Positions 18,045 through 27,112 of a DNA stretch of 64,000 bases are shown here, one piece after another. The DNA is from Emcibacter sp. Its GTDB lineage: Bacteria; Pseudomonadota; Alphaproteobacteria; Sphingomonadales; Emcibacteraceae. The notes under the pieces were generated by a model. The model was not told the DNA's origin, made no database searches, and saw nothing but the letters and a program-made list of their open reading frames with translations. The stretch lies in assembly GCA_021741205.1 (NCBI GenBank), contig JAIOYI010000013.1:1773-65772 (forward strand), in the 5' to 3' direction. A program made the translations under genes and the position numbers. Numbering within the stretch: the stretch's first letter is position 1; each line of letters starts with the position of its first letter.

Positions 18045-18639
18045 TCTTTAACCGTCTTTTCTTTGCTGCCGCCATATGTCTTAAATGTTTTTTATGTTTA
18101 TATTCACGAACCAATTTTTCTAATATCCAAAATAATATAATCCAGACAATAGATCCCAAAATTAATCCACCAATAAACATTGGCAATAAAATAGTATGAA
18201 GAAATGGACCCAAGACATCCAAAGGAGATTTAATGATGTCCATTAGACTATGTGCATCCAAGGTTACATAAATCTGACCCAAAAGGTCATCGGTTTTTGG
18301 TATACCGAGCAACCAGCTACCTATGTTATAAATTGCAATCCAAATAAAGGGAAATGTCCAAGGATTACCAATAACAGTTCCCATGGCCGAAGTCAGAATA
18401 TTTCCCCCAATAATCCAAGCAAGAAAAGCCGCCAATAAAAAATGCAGCCCAATAAATGGGGTAAAAGACACCGCCGCACCACAAGCAAAACCCGCCGCAA
18501 TAGCATAAGATGTTCCCGGAATGCGGGCAATGCGATGACGCATATAAGCTAGCGCCCGCCTCCACCCAGCGGAAGGCCATACATATTCACGTATGGCAGC
18601 AAAAATATGTCTTTTTCTACGACGGTCAAACACATTCAA
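18016..18639 (-). CDS. DUF2062-like membrane protein
   Basis: 207 aa. N-terminal basic region, then 3-4 TM segments (AIAAGFACGAAVSFTPFIGLHFLLAAFLAW...). Resembles the DUF2062 family (from memory). Overlaps the pdxJ start. Confidence 0.55.
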   Translation of the reverse strand: MNVFDRRRKRHIFAAIREYVWPSAGWRRALAYMRHRIARIPGTSYAIAAGFACGAAVSFTPFIGLHFLLAAFLAWIIGGNILTSAMGTVIGNPWTFPFIWIAIYNIGSWLLGIPKTDDLLGQIYVTLDAHSLMDIIKSPLDVLGPFLHTILLPMFIGGLILGSIVWIILFWILEKLVREYKHKKHLRHMAAAKKRRLKSEERARSVS

Positions 18640-18669
18640 GTCCTCTTAAATTTCACGAGCGTGCAAAAT

Positions 18670-19254
18670 TTACTTCAATCCCCTGCTGCCTGGTTTCATG
18701 GCTGGAATAGCCATAAGCTCTGGCGGCAAATTGTCTTCCTTGTAGGCAGGTATTTCAAGACCAGCCAAGGAAACTAGCGGCACGCCTATATCAACGGCAC
18801 CATTACTGCGGTCGATTAAACAACTGGCTGCCACTACATTTCCACCATAATCATTAATAACCTTGATACATTCCCGCGAAGAAAGACCCGTTGTTACGAT
18901 ATCCTCAGCCATTAATATATTGGCGCCTTTTGGAATTTCAAACCCGCGCCGTAACATTAATTGACCATCAACACGCTCTGTAAAAATTGATTTAACCCTA
19001 AGCTGTCTAGCCATTTCATAGCCAACCACAACCCCACCCATCGCTGGTGATACCACAAGATCAATTTTGACATTCAAAATTGTCAAAATTTTGTCCGCAA
19101 GACTTCTGCATAATTTTTCTGAAACAGAAGGATCCATTAACACCCGTGCACATTGCAAATAACGTGCTGCATGTAGCCCTGATGAAAGAATGAAATGCCC
19201 CTCTAACAAAGCATCTGCATCTCTAAAATATTGTAAAACTTCTTCACGATCCAT
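18670..19254 (-). CDS. pyrE: orotate phosphoribosyltransferase
   Basis: PRPP-binding motif ILMAEDIVTTGLSSRE and HFILSSGLHA. ATG at 19254 preferred over TTG at 19266. Confidence 0.85.
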   Translation of the reverse strand: MDREEVLQYFRDADALLEGHFILSSGLHAARYLQCARVLMDPSVSEKLCRSLADKILTILNVKIDLVVSPAMGGVVVGYEMARQLRVKSIFTERVDGQLMLRRGFEIPKGANILMAEDIVTTGLSSRECIKVINDYGGNVVAASCLIDRSNGAVDIGVPLVSLAGLEIPAYKEDNLPPELMAIPAMKPGSRGLK

Positions 19255-19280
19255 TCTAATACCCAACTAATTTCTTTTAA

Positions 19281-21428
19281 TTATCCAAAAGTCCGCTCGA
19301 CTGAACTAACTCGCTCATTAACCCGCAATGCTGCTATTATACTAGTGAGATGTTTAGTATCCCGTACTTCAACATCAAGACTTACCTTAAACAACTCTGG
19401 TGTACGTTCAATAAATTTTATATTTGTAATGTTACCTTTTTCCTGTGCAATAACGGTCAAGACAGCGGCAAGCGCCCCTGGAAGGTGCTCTAAGAGAATC
19501 TCTATCCTACTGACAAAAATGTTATTATCGTCTTCTGATGATACCCAAGATAAATCAAGCCATGTTTCAGGTGAATCACTATAAACATCCAAGGCTTCGC
19601 AATCAATGGTATGAACCATAATTCCTCTACCTCTTGTCACTATTCCGACTATTCTATCGCCCTTTATAGGATGACAACAATCAGACATATGAACAGAAAG
19701 GCCAGGCGTTAGTCCCTTGATGGGAATGGAATGATCCCCACTCTTTCTATCTTTAAGTGAGCCTATCATTTTGGCAGGCATTTGGGGATAATTATTATTT
19801 AACTTAATGCCGGGATAGATGGTCTCTAAAACTTTTCTGTCTGATAATTCACCTTTACCAACCAATTCATAAACTTCAGCAACTGATTGAAAGTTTAACT
19901 TTTTCAAACAAAGTTCAACAACCTTATTGTTGAAATCTCTCTCTTCCAATTTAAAAGCGCGTTCGAGCAATGTTTTGCCAAGCTCCTGATATTCATGTCT
20001 TTTTTTATTGCTGATAAAACGGCGTATGGCAGCCTTTGCCTTCCCCGTAATCACAAAACTCAGCCAATTCGGCGAAGGTTGTTGAGCCTTTGAGCGAAGT
20101 ATCTCCACCTGATCGCCGTTAACGAGCTGGGTTTTAAGTTGCACAGGATTTCCGTTGACCTTGCCACCAACGCATGAGTCACCCACATCAGAATGCACCG
20201 CATAAGCAAAATCAACCACCGTCGAACCAAGAGGCAAATTGACCAGTTTTCCCTTAGGGGTAAAACAGAATACCTGATTTTGATACATAGCGAGCTTGGT
20301 ATGCTCTAAAAATTCATCTGGACTTTCCGCATGCTCCATAATCTCGAGCAGATCCTTAAGCCACTTATATTGTTCCCCCTCCTTATTTGACCCATGCTGT
20401 TTATAGAGCCAATGAGCCGCAACACCCTTTTCGGCAATATCATCCATTTTTGATGATCTGATCTGAATTTCAATGCGTTTCTTTTTAGGGCCAAGCACGG
20501 CTGTATGAATGGATTGATAACCATTGGGTTTTGGCATAGAAATATAATCTTTAATTAAACCCGGTATAGCAGACCATTTTTGATGAACCACACCAAGAGC
20601 ACGATAACAAGTTTCGGCATCATCAACAATTATACGAAAGGCGATAATATCAGCCTGATCATCAAGGCTCACATGGCGATAGGTCATTTTCCGCCAAATA
20701 GAATACAGTTTTTTTTCACGGCCCAGGACTTCAGCTTCGATTCCTGCTTCTTTCAAAAGACGCTCTAGCTCTGCAATAACCGAATCCTTTATATCCTCGG
20801 TATTGGCATAGATTTGATTCATTCTTTTAAGGATCGATTCATAGGCCTCTGGATAAACATAGGGAAAAGCCAAAGCTTCTAATTCTTCTTTGACTTCCTG
20901 CATACCAATGCGTTCTGCAAGTGGTGCGTATATATCTAGTGTTTCCCGTGCTATGCGAATGCATTTATCTTTATTTTTGATATGACTAAGGGTGCGCATA
21001 TTGTGAAGTCTGTCAGCAAGCTTCACCAGCAATATTCTTATGTCATGAGACATAGCGAGTAGGAATTTACGAAAATTATCCGCCTGCTTTGCACTTTCTG
21101 ACGAATAGGTCAATTCGGAAAGCTTTGTAACACCATCCACCATCTTGGCTACATTTTGTCCGAATAATTCCTCAATTTGATCATAAGTTGCAATAGTGTC
21201 TTCGATGGTATCATGCAAAAGAGCCGTGATAATCGTATCACAATCCATTTTCATTTTTGTCAGGATTCCAGCCACTTCCAAAGGATGTGAAAAATAAGGG
21301 TCACCACTGGCGCGCGTCTGCTTGCCATGGGCTTTCATAGAAAAAACATAAGCCCTGTTCAACAAATTTTCATTGATATCCGGGTCATATTCCTTAACCC
21401 GTTCCACTAACTCATATTGTCTGATCAA
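19281..21428 (-). CDS. spoT: bifunctional (p)ppGpp synthetase/hydrolase (RelA/SpoT homologue)
   Basis: 715 aa. HD domain (HPLEVAGIL...LHDTIEDT), synthetase domain, TGS and ACT domains. TTG start giving MIRQYELVERV. Directly downstream of rpoZ. Confidence 0.9.
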   Translation of the reverse strand: MIRQYELVERVKEYDPDINENLLNRAYVFSMKAHGKQTRASGDPYFSHPLEVAGILTKMKMDCDTIITALLHDTIEDTIATYDQIEELFGQNVAKMVDGVTKLSELTYSSESAKQADNFRKFLLAMSHDIRILLVKLADRLHNMRTLSHIKNKDKCIRIARETLDIYAPLAERIGMQEVKEELEALAFPYVYPEAYESILKRMNQIYANTEDIKDSVIAELERLLKEAGIEAEVLGREKKLYSIWRKMTYRHVSLDDQADIIAFRIIVDDAETCYRALGVVHQKWSAIPGLIKDYISMPKPNGYQSIHTAVLGPKKKRIEIQIRSSKMDDIAEKGVAAHWLYKQHGSNKEGEQYKWLKDLLEIMEHAESPDEFLEHTKLAMYQNQVFCFTPKGKLVNLPLGSTVVDFAYAVHSDVGDSCVGGKVNGNPVQLKTQLVNGDQVEILRSKAQQPSPNWLSFVITGKAKAAIRRFISNKKRHEYQELGKTLLERAFKLEERDFNNKVVELCLKKLNFQSVAEVYELVGKGELSDRKVLETIYPGIKLNNNYPQMPAKMIGSLKDRKSGDHSIPIKGLTPGLSVHMSDCCHPIKGDRIVGIVTRGRGIMVHTIDCEALDVYSDSPETWLDLSWVSSEDDNNIFVSRIEILLEHLPGALAAVLTVIAQEKGNITNIKFIERTPELFKVSLDVEVRDTKHLTSIIAALRVNERVSSVERTFG

Positions 21429-21563
21429 CCCAACCTGTCCCTTTCAAAAGACGAAAAGAAAAAATTTTTCATACTATAACGAGATATTATCAGAATTTGG
21501 TAAAAAAAAGACCCACTATGAATTTCAAAGCAGGTCTCAATATTTTTATTTGAGAAGGAACTA

Positions 21564-21965
21564 TTATTCCGCCTCACTGCCCTCTGTATCTTCATCAACA
21601 ATCTTGCTAAACATTGCCTCTGCTCTCATTTCTGCAGATACTTTAGCGAGGCTCTCCGTTGTGACTTCCTGTTGATTTTCACCGAGTTTTTTACCCGCAA
21701 GCAGCAAAGAAAAATCATCATCCTCAGGTTCATCAACTTCAATATTTTTTTGCAGTCCACTAATGAGTGATTCCCGCAAAGCATCGGACGTCAATTCCTC
21801 ATCCGCCAATTCCCGCAAAGCGACAACTGGGTTTTTATCATTGTCCCGTTCCACCAAAATCGGTGCTCCAGACGAAATTTGCCGTGCCCTATGAGCCGCC
21901 AGAAGAACCAATTCAAATCGGTTCGGAACTTTATCAACACAATCTTCAACGGTAACGCGTGCCAT
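21564..21965 (-). CDS. rpoZ: DNA-directed RNA polymerase subunit omega
   Basis: [30 protein letters not shown] is canonical. ATG at 21965 preferred over the ORF start at 21986. Acidic C-terminal tail. Confidence 0.9.
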   Translation of the reverse strand: MARVTVEDCVDKVPNRFELVLLAAHRARQISSGAPILVERDNDKNPVVALRELADEELTSDALRESLISGLQKNIEVDEPEDDDFSLLLAGKKLGENQQEVTTESLAKVSAEMRAEAMFSKIVDEDTEGSEAE

Positions 21966-22093
21966 GCCGCTTATTCTCCAATACAATATCGGTCCACAAA
22001 TGCAGACCCAATTTCAAATTCGGCTTATACAACTCATAAGCTTATCTGTAAAGGCTGTTATGATGAGAAAAACAGAAAAAATACGCTATATTC

Positions 22094-22633
22094 TTAACAT
22101 AAAGGCCGAATAATGCCCTGATCTGACCGTCTTTTCATATCATGCCGCAACTCATCCACCGTTAAGCCCAAAACAGGATGTCGCCAATGAGGACATATTT
22201 CAGACAGAGGCTCTAACACAAACAATCTTTCCTGTAATCTTGGATGGGGAATAATCATACCAAGAGATGCATTATCTTGTACAGTCTCCTGCCCTTTATC
22301 TTTTCTAGGATATATTTCATCGCCGTAAGCCAAAAGGTCGAGATCCAAGATTCTCGCTTCCCATTTGATGCGTCTTTTTCGCCCAAAGCTTTCCTCTATT
22401 TCATGCAAACTATGCAATAATTCTTCTGCGCTTAGTTTTGTTTCAACCAGTGCTACGGCGTTAATAAACCATGGCTGATCTGATTTTGGTACAGGTTCAG
22501 TTTCATAAAATCGTGACAATATTTTTATCTCAATGCCATAATCAGGCATTTTAATCAAAGCCGCCTCTAGGACAGCCTTAGGACTATCAAAATGCTGTCC
22601 CGTCAAGTTGCTGCCCAGTCCAATAATAATCAT
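22094..22633 (-). CDS. folK: 2-amino-4-hydroxy-6-hydroxymethyldihydropteridine diphosphokinase (HPPK)
   Basis: 179 aa. IIIGLGSNL...SRFYETEPV...RILDLDLLAYGD...PHPRLQERLFVLEPL. Confidence 0.85.
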   Translation of the reverse strand: MIIIGLGSNLTGQHFDSPKAVLEAALIKMPDYGIEIKILSRFYETEPVPKSDQPWFINAVALVETKLSAEELLHSLHEIEESFGRKRRIKWEARILDLDLLAYGDEIYPRKDKGQETVQDNASLGMIIPHPRLQERLFVLEPLSEICPHWRHPVLGLTVDELRHDMKRRSDQGIIRPLC

Positions 22634-22736
22634 AAAATTTCCTTACAAAAAGCGCTGTTGACGAAAAATACAAAAAAATCAAAAAATATGATATAAAGAA
22701 CATATTATTTGATTATATTTTTTAGGACATATTATT

Positions 22737-23324
22737 ATGATGTATTTTCATCCCAATGAAAAACTTGCCTTATTTATTGACGGTTCCAATCTATTTGCCA
22801 CTGCAAAATCTTTAAACTTTGACATTGATTATAAGCAACTTCGCAATTTTTTTGCAGAACAAGGCATATTGCTCAGAGCATATTATTATACAGCACTCTT
22901 AGAAGAACAGGAATATTCACCCCTGCGCCCCTTGGTGGATTGGTTGGACTATAATGGTTACACCCTCATCACCAAGCCAACAAAAGAATTCACCGACAAC
23001 AGGGGAGAAAAGCGCATAAAAGGCAATATGGATATGGAACTTGCCATCGACATGATGGGCATGGCCGAATATGTGGATCATATGGTTTTATTTTCTGGTG
23101 ACGGCGATTTTAGACGACTTGTAGAATCAGTACAACGCAAAGGTGTTCGCGTCACAGTCGTTAGCAGCACCAAAACCAATCCTTCTATGATTGCAGATGA
23201 ATTGCGCCGTCAGGCTGATAATTTCATTGAACTGTCTGATATGAATCAACAGTTTGGAAGATCGCCCAACACGGCCGTTTCCCATGATGGTCATCATTCT
23301 CATATGCCCAGTGAAGACAAATAA
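22737..23324 (+). CDS. NYN/LabA-like domain protein
   Basis: 195 aa. ALFIDGSNLFATAKSLNFDIDYKQL...KGNMDMELAIDMM...VLFSGDGDFRRLV matches the LabA/NYN (PIN-like) pattern. Confidence 0.75.
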   Translation: MMYFHPNEKLALFIDGSNLFATAKSLNFDIDYKQLRNFFAEQGILLRAYYYTALLEEQEYSPLRPLVDWLDYNGYTLITKPTKEFTDNRGEKRIKGNMDMELAIDMMGMAEYVDHMVLFSGDGDFRRLVESVQRKGVRVTVVSSTKTNPSMIADELRRQADNFIELSDMNQQFGRSPNTAVSHDGHHSHMPSEDK

Positions 23325-23992
23325 TGATAAAAGAGATGACGACAGATGCGCCACTGAACTGCGCTCTTTGTCCACGCCTTGTGGAATTTCGTGTCGAGAA
23401 TAAAAACAAGTATCCCCATTACTTTAACGCTCCGGTTCCTTCCTTCGGCGATAATAATCATGAAATACTGATTGTGGGACTTGCTCCTGGTCTAAAGGGC
23501 GCCAACCAAACGGGTCGCCCCTTCACGGGTGACTATGCGGGAGATTTGCTTTATGCGACGCTGACAAAATTTGGCTATACCGAGGGGGCATATGGTGCCA
23601 ATGCCCATGATGGCCTGATACTAAAAAACGTCTTGATCACCAATGCAGTGCGCTGTGTTCCACCTCAAAACAAAACCACAACTGAAGAAGAAAATAACTG
23701 TAGACCATTTCTCATAAGACAGATAAAATCCGCCTCTCGCCTTAAACTTATTTTGGTCTTGGGACTTGTTGCCCACAATGCCGTGCTGACGACATTTCAG
23801 AAAAAGAAATCAGCTTTTAAATTCAGTCATGGTGCGGTACATAATCTGGGTAATGAGATGGGAAAAAATATTACCTTGATCGACAGTTATCATTGTTCTC
23901 GCTATAATACCAACACAGGCCGGCTTACTCAGGATATGTTTGAAGATGTTTTTCAAAAAATTAATTCTTTTTTTAAGCAACAAATAATTTAA
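23324..23992 (+). CDS. uracil-DNA glycosylase superfamily protein (family 4/5-like)
   Basis: 222 aa. CALCPRL, motif A-like VGLAPGLKGANQTGRPFTGDYAGDLLY, C-terminal HCSRYN. TAATG overlap with the preceding gene. Confidence 0.8.
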   Translation: MIKEMTTDAPLNCALCPRLVEFRVENKNKYPHYFNAPVPSFGDNNHEILIVGLAPGLKGANQTGRPFTGDYAGDLLYATLTKFGYTEGAYGANAHDGLILKNVLITNAVRCVPPQNKTTTEEENNCRPFLIRQIKSASRLKLILVLGLVAHNAVLTTFQKKKSAFKFSHGAVHNLGNEMGKNITLIDSYHCSRYNTNTGRLTQDMFEDVFQKINSFFKQQII

Positions 23993-24009
23993 ATTTGAGG
24001 ATAAAACAA

Positions 24010-24915
24010 ATGACCCGATTTATTTCATTAAGTATAATTTTTTACATAACCTTTATTGGCATTGTTACAGCCCAAAATAATTATGACGATGTGGAAATCA
24101 AAAGCATTAAGGTAGAGGACGGTATTTATATGCTTATGGGGGCTGGCGGTAATATTGGCCTCTCATCTGGTGAAGATGGTGTTTTTATGATTGATGATCA
24201 ATATAGCCCCCTCACCCTGAAAATTGTTGCTGCCATTAAAAAAATATCAGACAACCCCATTAAATTTGTACTTAACACCCATTGGCATTGGGATCATACG
24301 GGTGGAAATGAAAATCTTGGCAAAACAAATGTGGTTATCGTGGCCCATGACAATGTCTATGAACGTCTTACCCATGAACAATTTATAAAAATCTTCAATA
24401 GAAAAACGACGCCTTCCCCCAAAAAGGCACTTCCCGTTATTTCCTTTAATGATCAGGTGACCTTTCATCTAAATGGACTTCATATTCAGGCACATCATAT
24501 TAACAATGCCCATACAGATGGAGACAGTATCATTATTTTCAAAGATAAAAATGTCATCCATACAGGAGATATTTTCTTTAATGGTATGTATCCCTTTATT
24601 GATACTGGAGCAGGCGGCTCTATTTATGGTATGATTGCGGGTGCAAATACAATACTCGCCCTTGCTGATGACAAGACAAAAATCATTCCAGGGCATGGAC
24701 CTTTGGCCAATAAAAAAGATTTGGAAAATTTCCGTGATATGCTCATTCATGTTGTAGATAATGTTACACCACTCGTCAAAAAAGGCCTTTCCTTAGAAGA
24801 GGCCGTTAAGCAAGACCCATTAAAAGATTTAAATGAGAAATGGGCCGTTGGCTTTTTAAAACCAGATGTTTTTTTGGCTACCGTTTATCAAACCATACAA
24901 GACCATCAAAAATAA
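24010..24915 (+). CDS. secreted metallo-beta-lactamase-fold hydrolase
   Basis: Signal peptide, then HxHxDH motif (NTHWHWDHTGGN), later HTDGD and PGHGP. ATG at 24010 is preceded by gagg and preferred over TTG at 23995. Confidence 0.75.
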   Translation: MTRFISLSIIFYITFIGIVTAQNNYDDVEIKSIKVEDGIYMLMGAGGNIGLSSGEDGVFMIDDQYSPLTLKIVAAIKKISDNPIKFVLNTHWHWDHTGGNENLGKTNVVIVAHDNVYERLTHEQFIKIFNRKTTPSPKKALPVISFNDQVTFHLNGLHIQAHHINNAHTDGDSIIIFKDKNVIHTGDIFFNGMYPFIDTGAGGSIYGMIAGANTILALADDKTKIIPGHGPLANKKDLENFRDMLIHVVDNVTPLVKKGLSLEEAVKQDPLKDLNEKWAVGFLKPDVFLATVYQTIQDHQK

Positions 24916-25018
24916 AAGATGCTGAATTTTTTGTTCATCCATCATTCAGACATAAAGTTATACTATGATTTTAAGATATAGGTGAGGCTATAAAACTTTA
25001 AGTTAAGGAGCGAATATC

Positions 25019-25600
25019 ATGGGTAAATTCAGTTATATGACTAAAACAGCCATCTTTACATTAAGCATAGCCGCCTTTGGGCTCATTCCTGTTGCACAAT
25101 CTGTTGCAGAACAAAGACATAACAATAATAGATATGATCAACACCGAAACTATAATAATCACAATGGTCGTGGCAATCAAAGATATTATAATCGTCATTA
25201 TAACAAACATAACTATAACAGGCATAATTATTCAAGATATTATGGAAATTACAACAACCACAACCATCATGGAGGTGGTGAAGTTGCCTTAGGATTGCTC
25301 ACAGGAGGCTTATTGTTTTATGCTCTTACGGCTAATCAAAGAAGTCGGGATACGGTTTATGTTCAGCAGCAACCGGTCTATGTTCAGCAGCAACCGGTCT
25401 ATGTTCAACCGCAAGGGCAGCAATGGACACAGCAACAACCCGTTCAACAACAAATGGCACAGAATAGTTCATGCCTTCAGATCAGAGAATATCAAACCAC
25501 CATCACCGTTGGTGGCAATATGGTTCCAGCTTATGGTCAATCCTGCCTGCAACCTGATGGTACATGGAAATTGGGACCCGCCATACCTGAACCCAATTAA
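25019..25600 (+). CDS. surface-antigen-like secreted/membrane protein with Asn/His/Tyr/Arg-rich region and Q-rich repeats
   Basis: aaggag RBS 8 nt upstream. Signal peptide (...PVAQSVA-EQ); about 55 aa of N/H/Y/R low complexity; Gly-zipper-like hydrophobic segment GGGEVALGLLTGGLLFYAL; VYVQQQP x3; C-terminal Cys motif CLQIREYQTTITVGG...AYGQSCLQPDGTWKLG, recalling COG4520-type surface antigens. Confidence 0.6.
   Translation: MGKFSYMTKTAIFTLSIAAFGLIPVAQSVAEQRHNNNRYDQHRNYNNHNGRGNQRYYNRHYNKHNYNRHNYSRYYGNYNNHNHHGGGEVALGLLTGGLLFYALTANQRSRDTVYVQQQPVYVQQQPVYVQPQGQQWTQQQPVQQQMAQNSSCLQIREYQTTITVGGNMVPAYGQSCLQPDGTWKLGPAIPEPN
25355..25417 (+). repeat. 21-bp in-frame tandem repeat (about 3 copies) inside the surface-antigen-like gene
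   Basis: gtttatgttcagcagcaaccg / gtctatgttcagcagcaaccg / gtctatgttcaaccgcaaggg, encoding VYVQQQP repeats. Confidence 0.85.
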
Positions 25601-25603
25601 TAA

Positions 25604-25753
25604 AAATATATATTGAATTTGACCAAAGACCATCCCTTTGGCTATGGAATGGAGCTTTATTTCTGGGCCTTTGTGGTGGTCATTGAAGCTGCTAGTGATG
25701 ACGTTGTTCAGGCCATATCTGATATTATCTATATCAAACAAATATTACATTAA
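25604..25753 (+). pseudogene. possible remnant of a cation-diffusion-facilitator (CDF) transporter gene
   Basis: Open frame reads KYILNLTKDHPFGYGMELYFWAFVVVIEAASDDVVQAISDIIYIKQILH*. The DHPFGYG.ELYFW.F.V segment matches the conserved CDF motif (HPFGHG.E.YFWSF.VA) as I remember it. Only about 50 codons remain, with no start context. Confidence 0.35.
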
Positions 25754-25915
25754 ATTTTTGGGGTTCAAAATGCCATTAGAAATAAAATTCATCTAATGTG
25801 GGAAAATAAAAATTTTGCCAAGGTATTGATCCCTGTTTGACAACTTCATATACAAATAAGAGCCGTCTAAATTAATAGACAGCCCTTAAATATAAACATT
25901 TTAATTATCTGAATT

Positions 25916-26461
25916 TCAATGACGTCTGCGGAAAAGAAGCAGTCCAAATCCCAAAACAAATATTCCCAATATGCCAGGTTCTGGTAGTATACGCTGATCC
26001 GAAACTAATCTGATATTTACAGAAACGTAACCACTATTATCATAACTATTTGAATCCCAGTAATAAAGTGCAAGAGCACCTGCCTCTGACATTATTTGAT
26101 CAAATGCTGTTCCCACAAAGAAAAAATCACCTGCACCTATTTTTCCCATCAAGGAACCAAAGGCTGCACTAACACCTGCCTGAACATGGTTACCAAATAC
26201 ACCATTGCCAGGACAAGGATTGCCAGCAGTCAAGCCATCAGCATTACTATCTCTGGGATACGCACCCGCACTCCAACAATCATTAACATCTGTGATCATA
26301 ATCAGTTGGTCACCAATACCAACATTAATACCCGTAACAGCACCAACACCACCCGTACTGCTGTTGGCCTGTGCATAGACATCAATTACGGTCGCCTGTG
26401 CGTTAAAGCCACCAAATACTGTTGCTATTATGCCAATAATAAATATTTTTACCAAATTCAT
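25916..26461 (-). CDS. PA-IL/LecA-like lectin-domain protein with PEP-CTERM sorting signal
   Basis: gggagg RBS before the ATG at 26461. Signal peptide (...GGFNAQA). Body motifs parallel P. aeruginosa LecA (GDQLIMIT; AAFGSLMGKIGAGDFFFVGT; GALALYYWDSNSYDNSGYVSVNI versus LecA [46 protein letters not shown]). C-terminus is LPEPGILGIFVLGFGLLLFRRRH* (PEP + TM + basic). Confidence 0.65.
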   Translation of the reverse strand: MNLVKIFIIGIIATVFGGFNAQATVIDVYAQANSSTGGVGAVTGINVGIGDQLIMITDVNDCWSAGAYPRDSNADGLTAGNPCPGNGVFGNHVQAGVSAAFGSLMGKIGAGDFFFVGTAFDQIMSEAGALALYYWDSNSYDNSGYVSVNIRLVSDQRILPEPGILGIFVLGFGLLLFRRRH

Positions 26462-26616
26462 TTCAACCTCCCAAATAATACATATAATTATGCAGCATTT
26501 AACCTTGCAATATACATACCACAAAAAAAAATGTTTAAATATCAATTAATTAAGAATAATATGACAAAATACACTACCCATAAGTGTAAAAAAAACTGAC
26601 AATTTGTCGGGGAATC

Positions 26617-27111
26617 TTACATATTATCTTTTAGTAGCCGACCTTTTTCACGATTCCAGTCCCGTTCCTTTTCTGTTGCCCGCTTGTCATGGTCCTTCTT
26701 GCCCGTTGCTAGACCTATTTTGACCTTGATCCTGTTTTTATCATTAAAATAAATGGATAAAGGCACCAAAGTTTTGCCCTTGCGCTGAATGGCGGATGCT
26801 ATTTTATTCACTTCCCGCCTGTGCATAAGTAATTTTCGGGGTCTGCGAGCATCATGATTAAAGCGATTCCCCATCTCATATTCTTTGATATAGGCATTAA
26901 CCAGAAATAATTCCCCCATCTTAGCCTCGGCAAAAGAATCGGTGATATTCGCCTCTCCTGCTCTAAGAGATTTAACCTCCGTCCCTAAAAGTACAATTCC
27001 CGCCTCAAAATCTTCTTCAATATGGTAATTATACCGTGCCTTGCGATTTAGGGCGATGGTACGAAATCCCCCCTTTGGTTTATCCGTTTTTTTTGATTTT
27101 GGCTGTGCCAT
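26617..27111 (-). CDS. smpB: SsrA-binding protein
   Basis: 164 aa. [29 protein letters not shown]...KLLMHRREV is canonical SmpB. Confidence 0.95.
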   Translation of the reverse strand: MAQPKSKKTDKPKGGFRTIALNRKARYNYHIEEDFEAGIVLLGTEVKSLRAGEANITDSFAEAKMGELFLVNAYIKEYEMGNRFNHDARRPRKLLMHRREVNKIASAIQRKGKTLVPLSIYFNDKNRIKVKIGLATGKKDHDKRATEKERDWNREKGRLLKDNM

Positions 27112-27112
27112 T

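Noticed and set aside
21505-21545. Possible terminator/attenuator between rpoZ and spoT (AGACC...GGTCT followed by a T8 run on the minus strand).
   Set aside because: The stem is only 5 bp with a 19-nt loop. rpoZ-spoT are normally co-transcribed. The evidence is too weak to call.
25077-25616. Alternative-frame ORFs (71 aa and 98 aa) inside the Asn/His/Tyr-rich gene.
   Set aside because: They are by-products of the low-complexity and repeat DNA. Only the frame starting at 25019 has an RBS, a signal peptide and a conserved-looking C-terminal Cys module.
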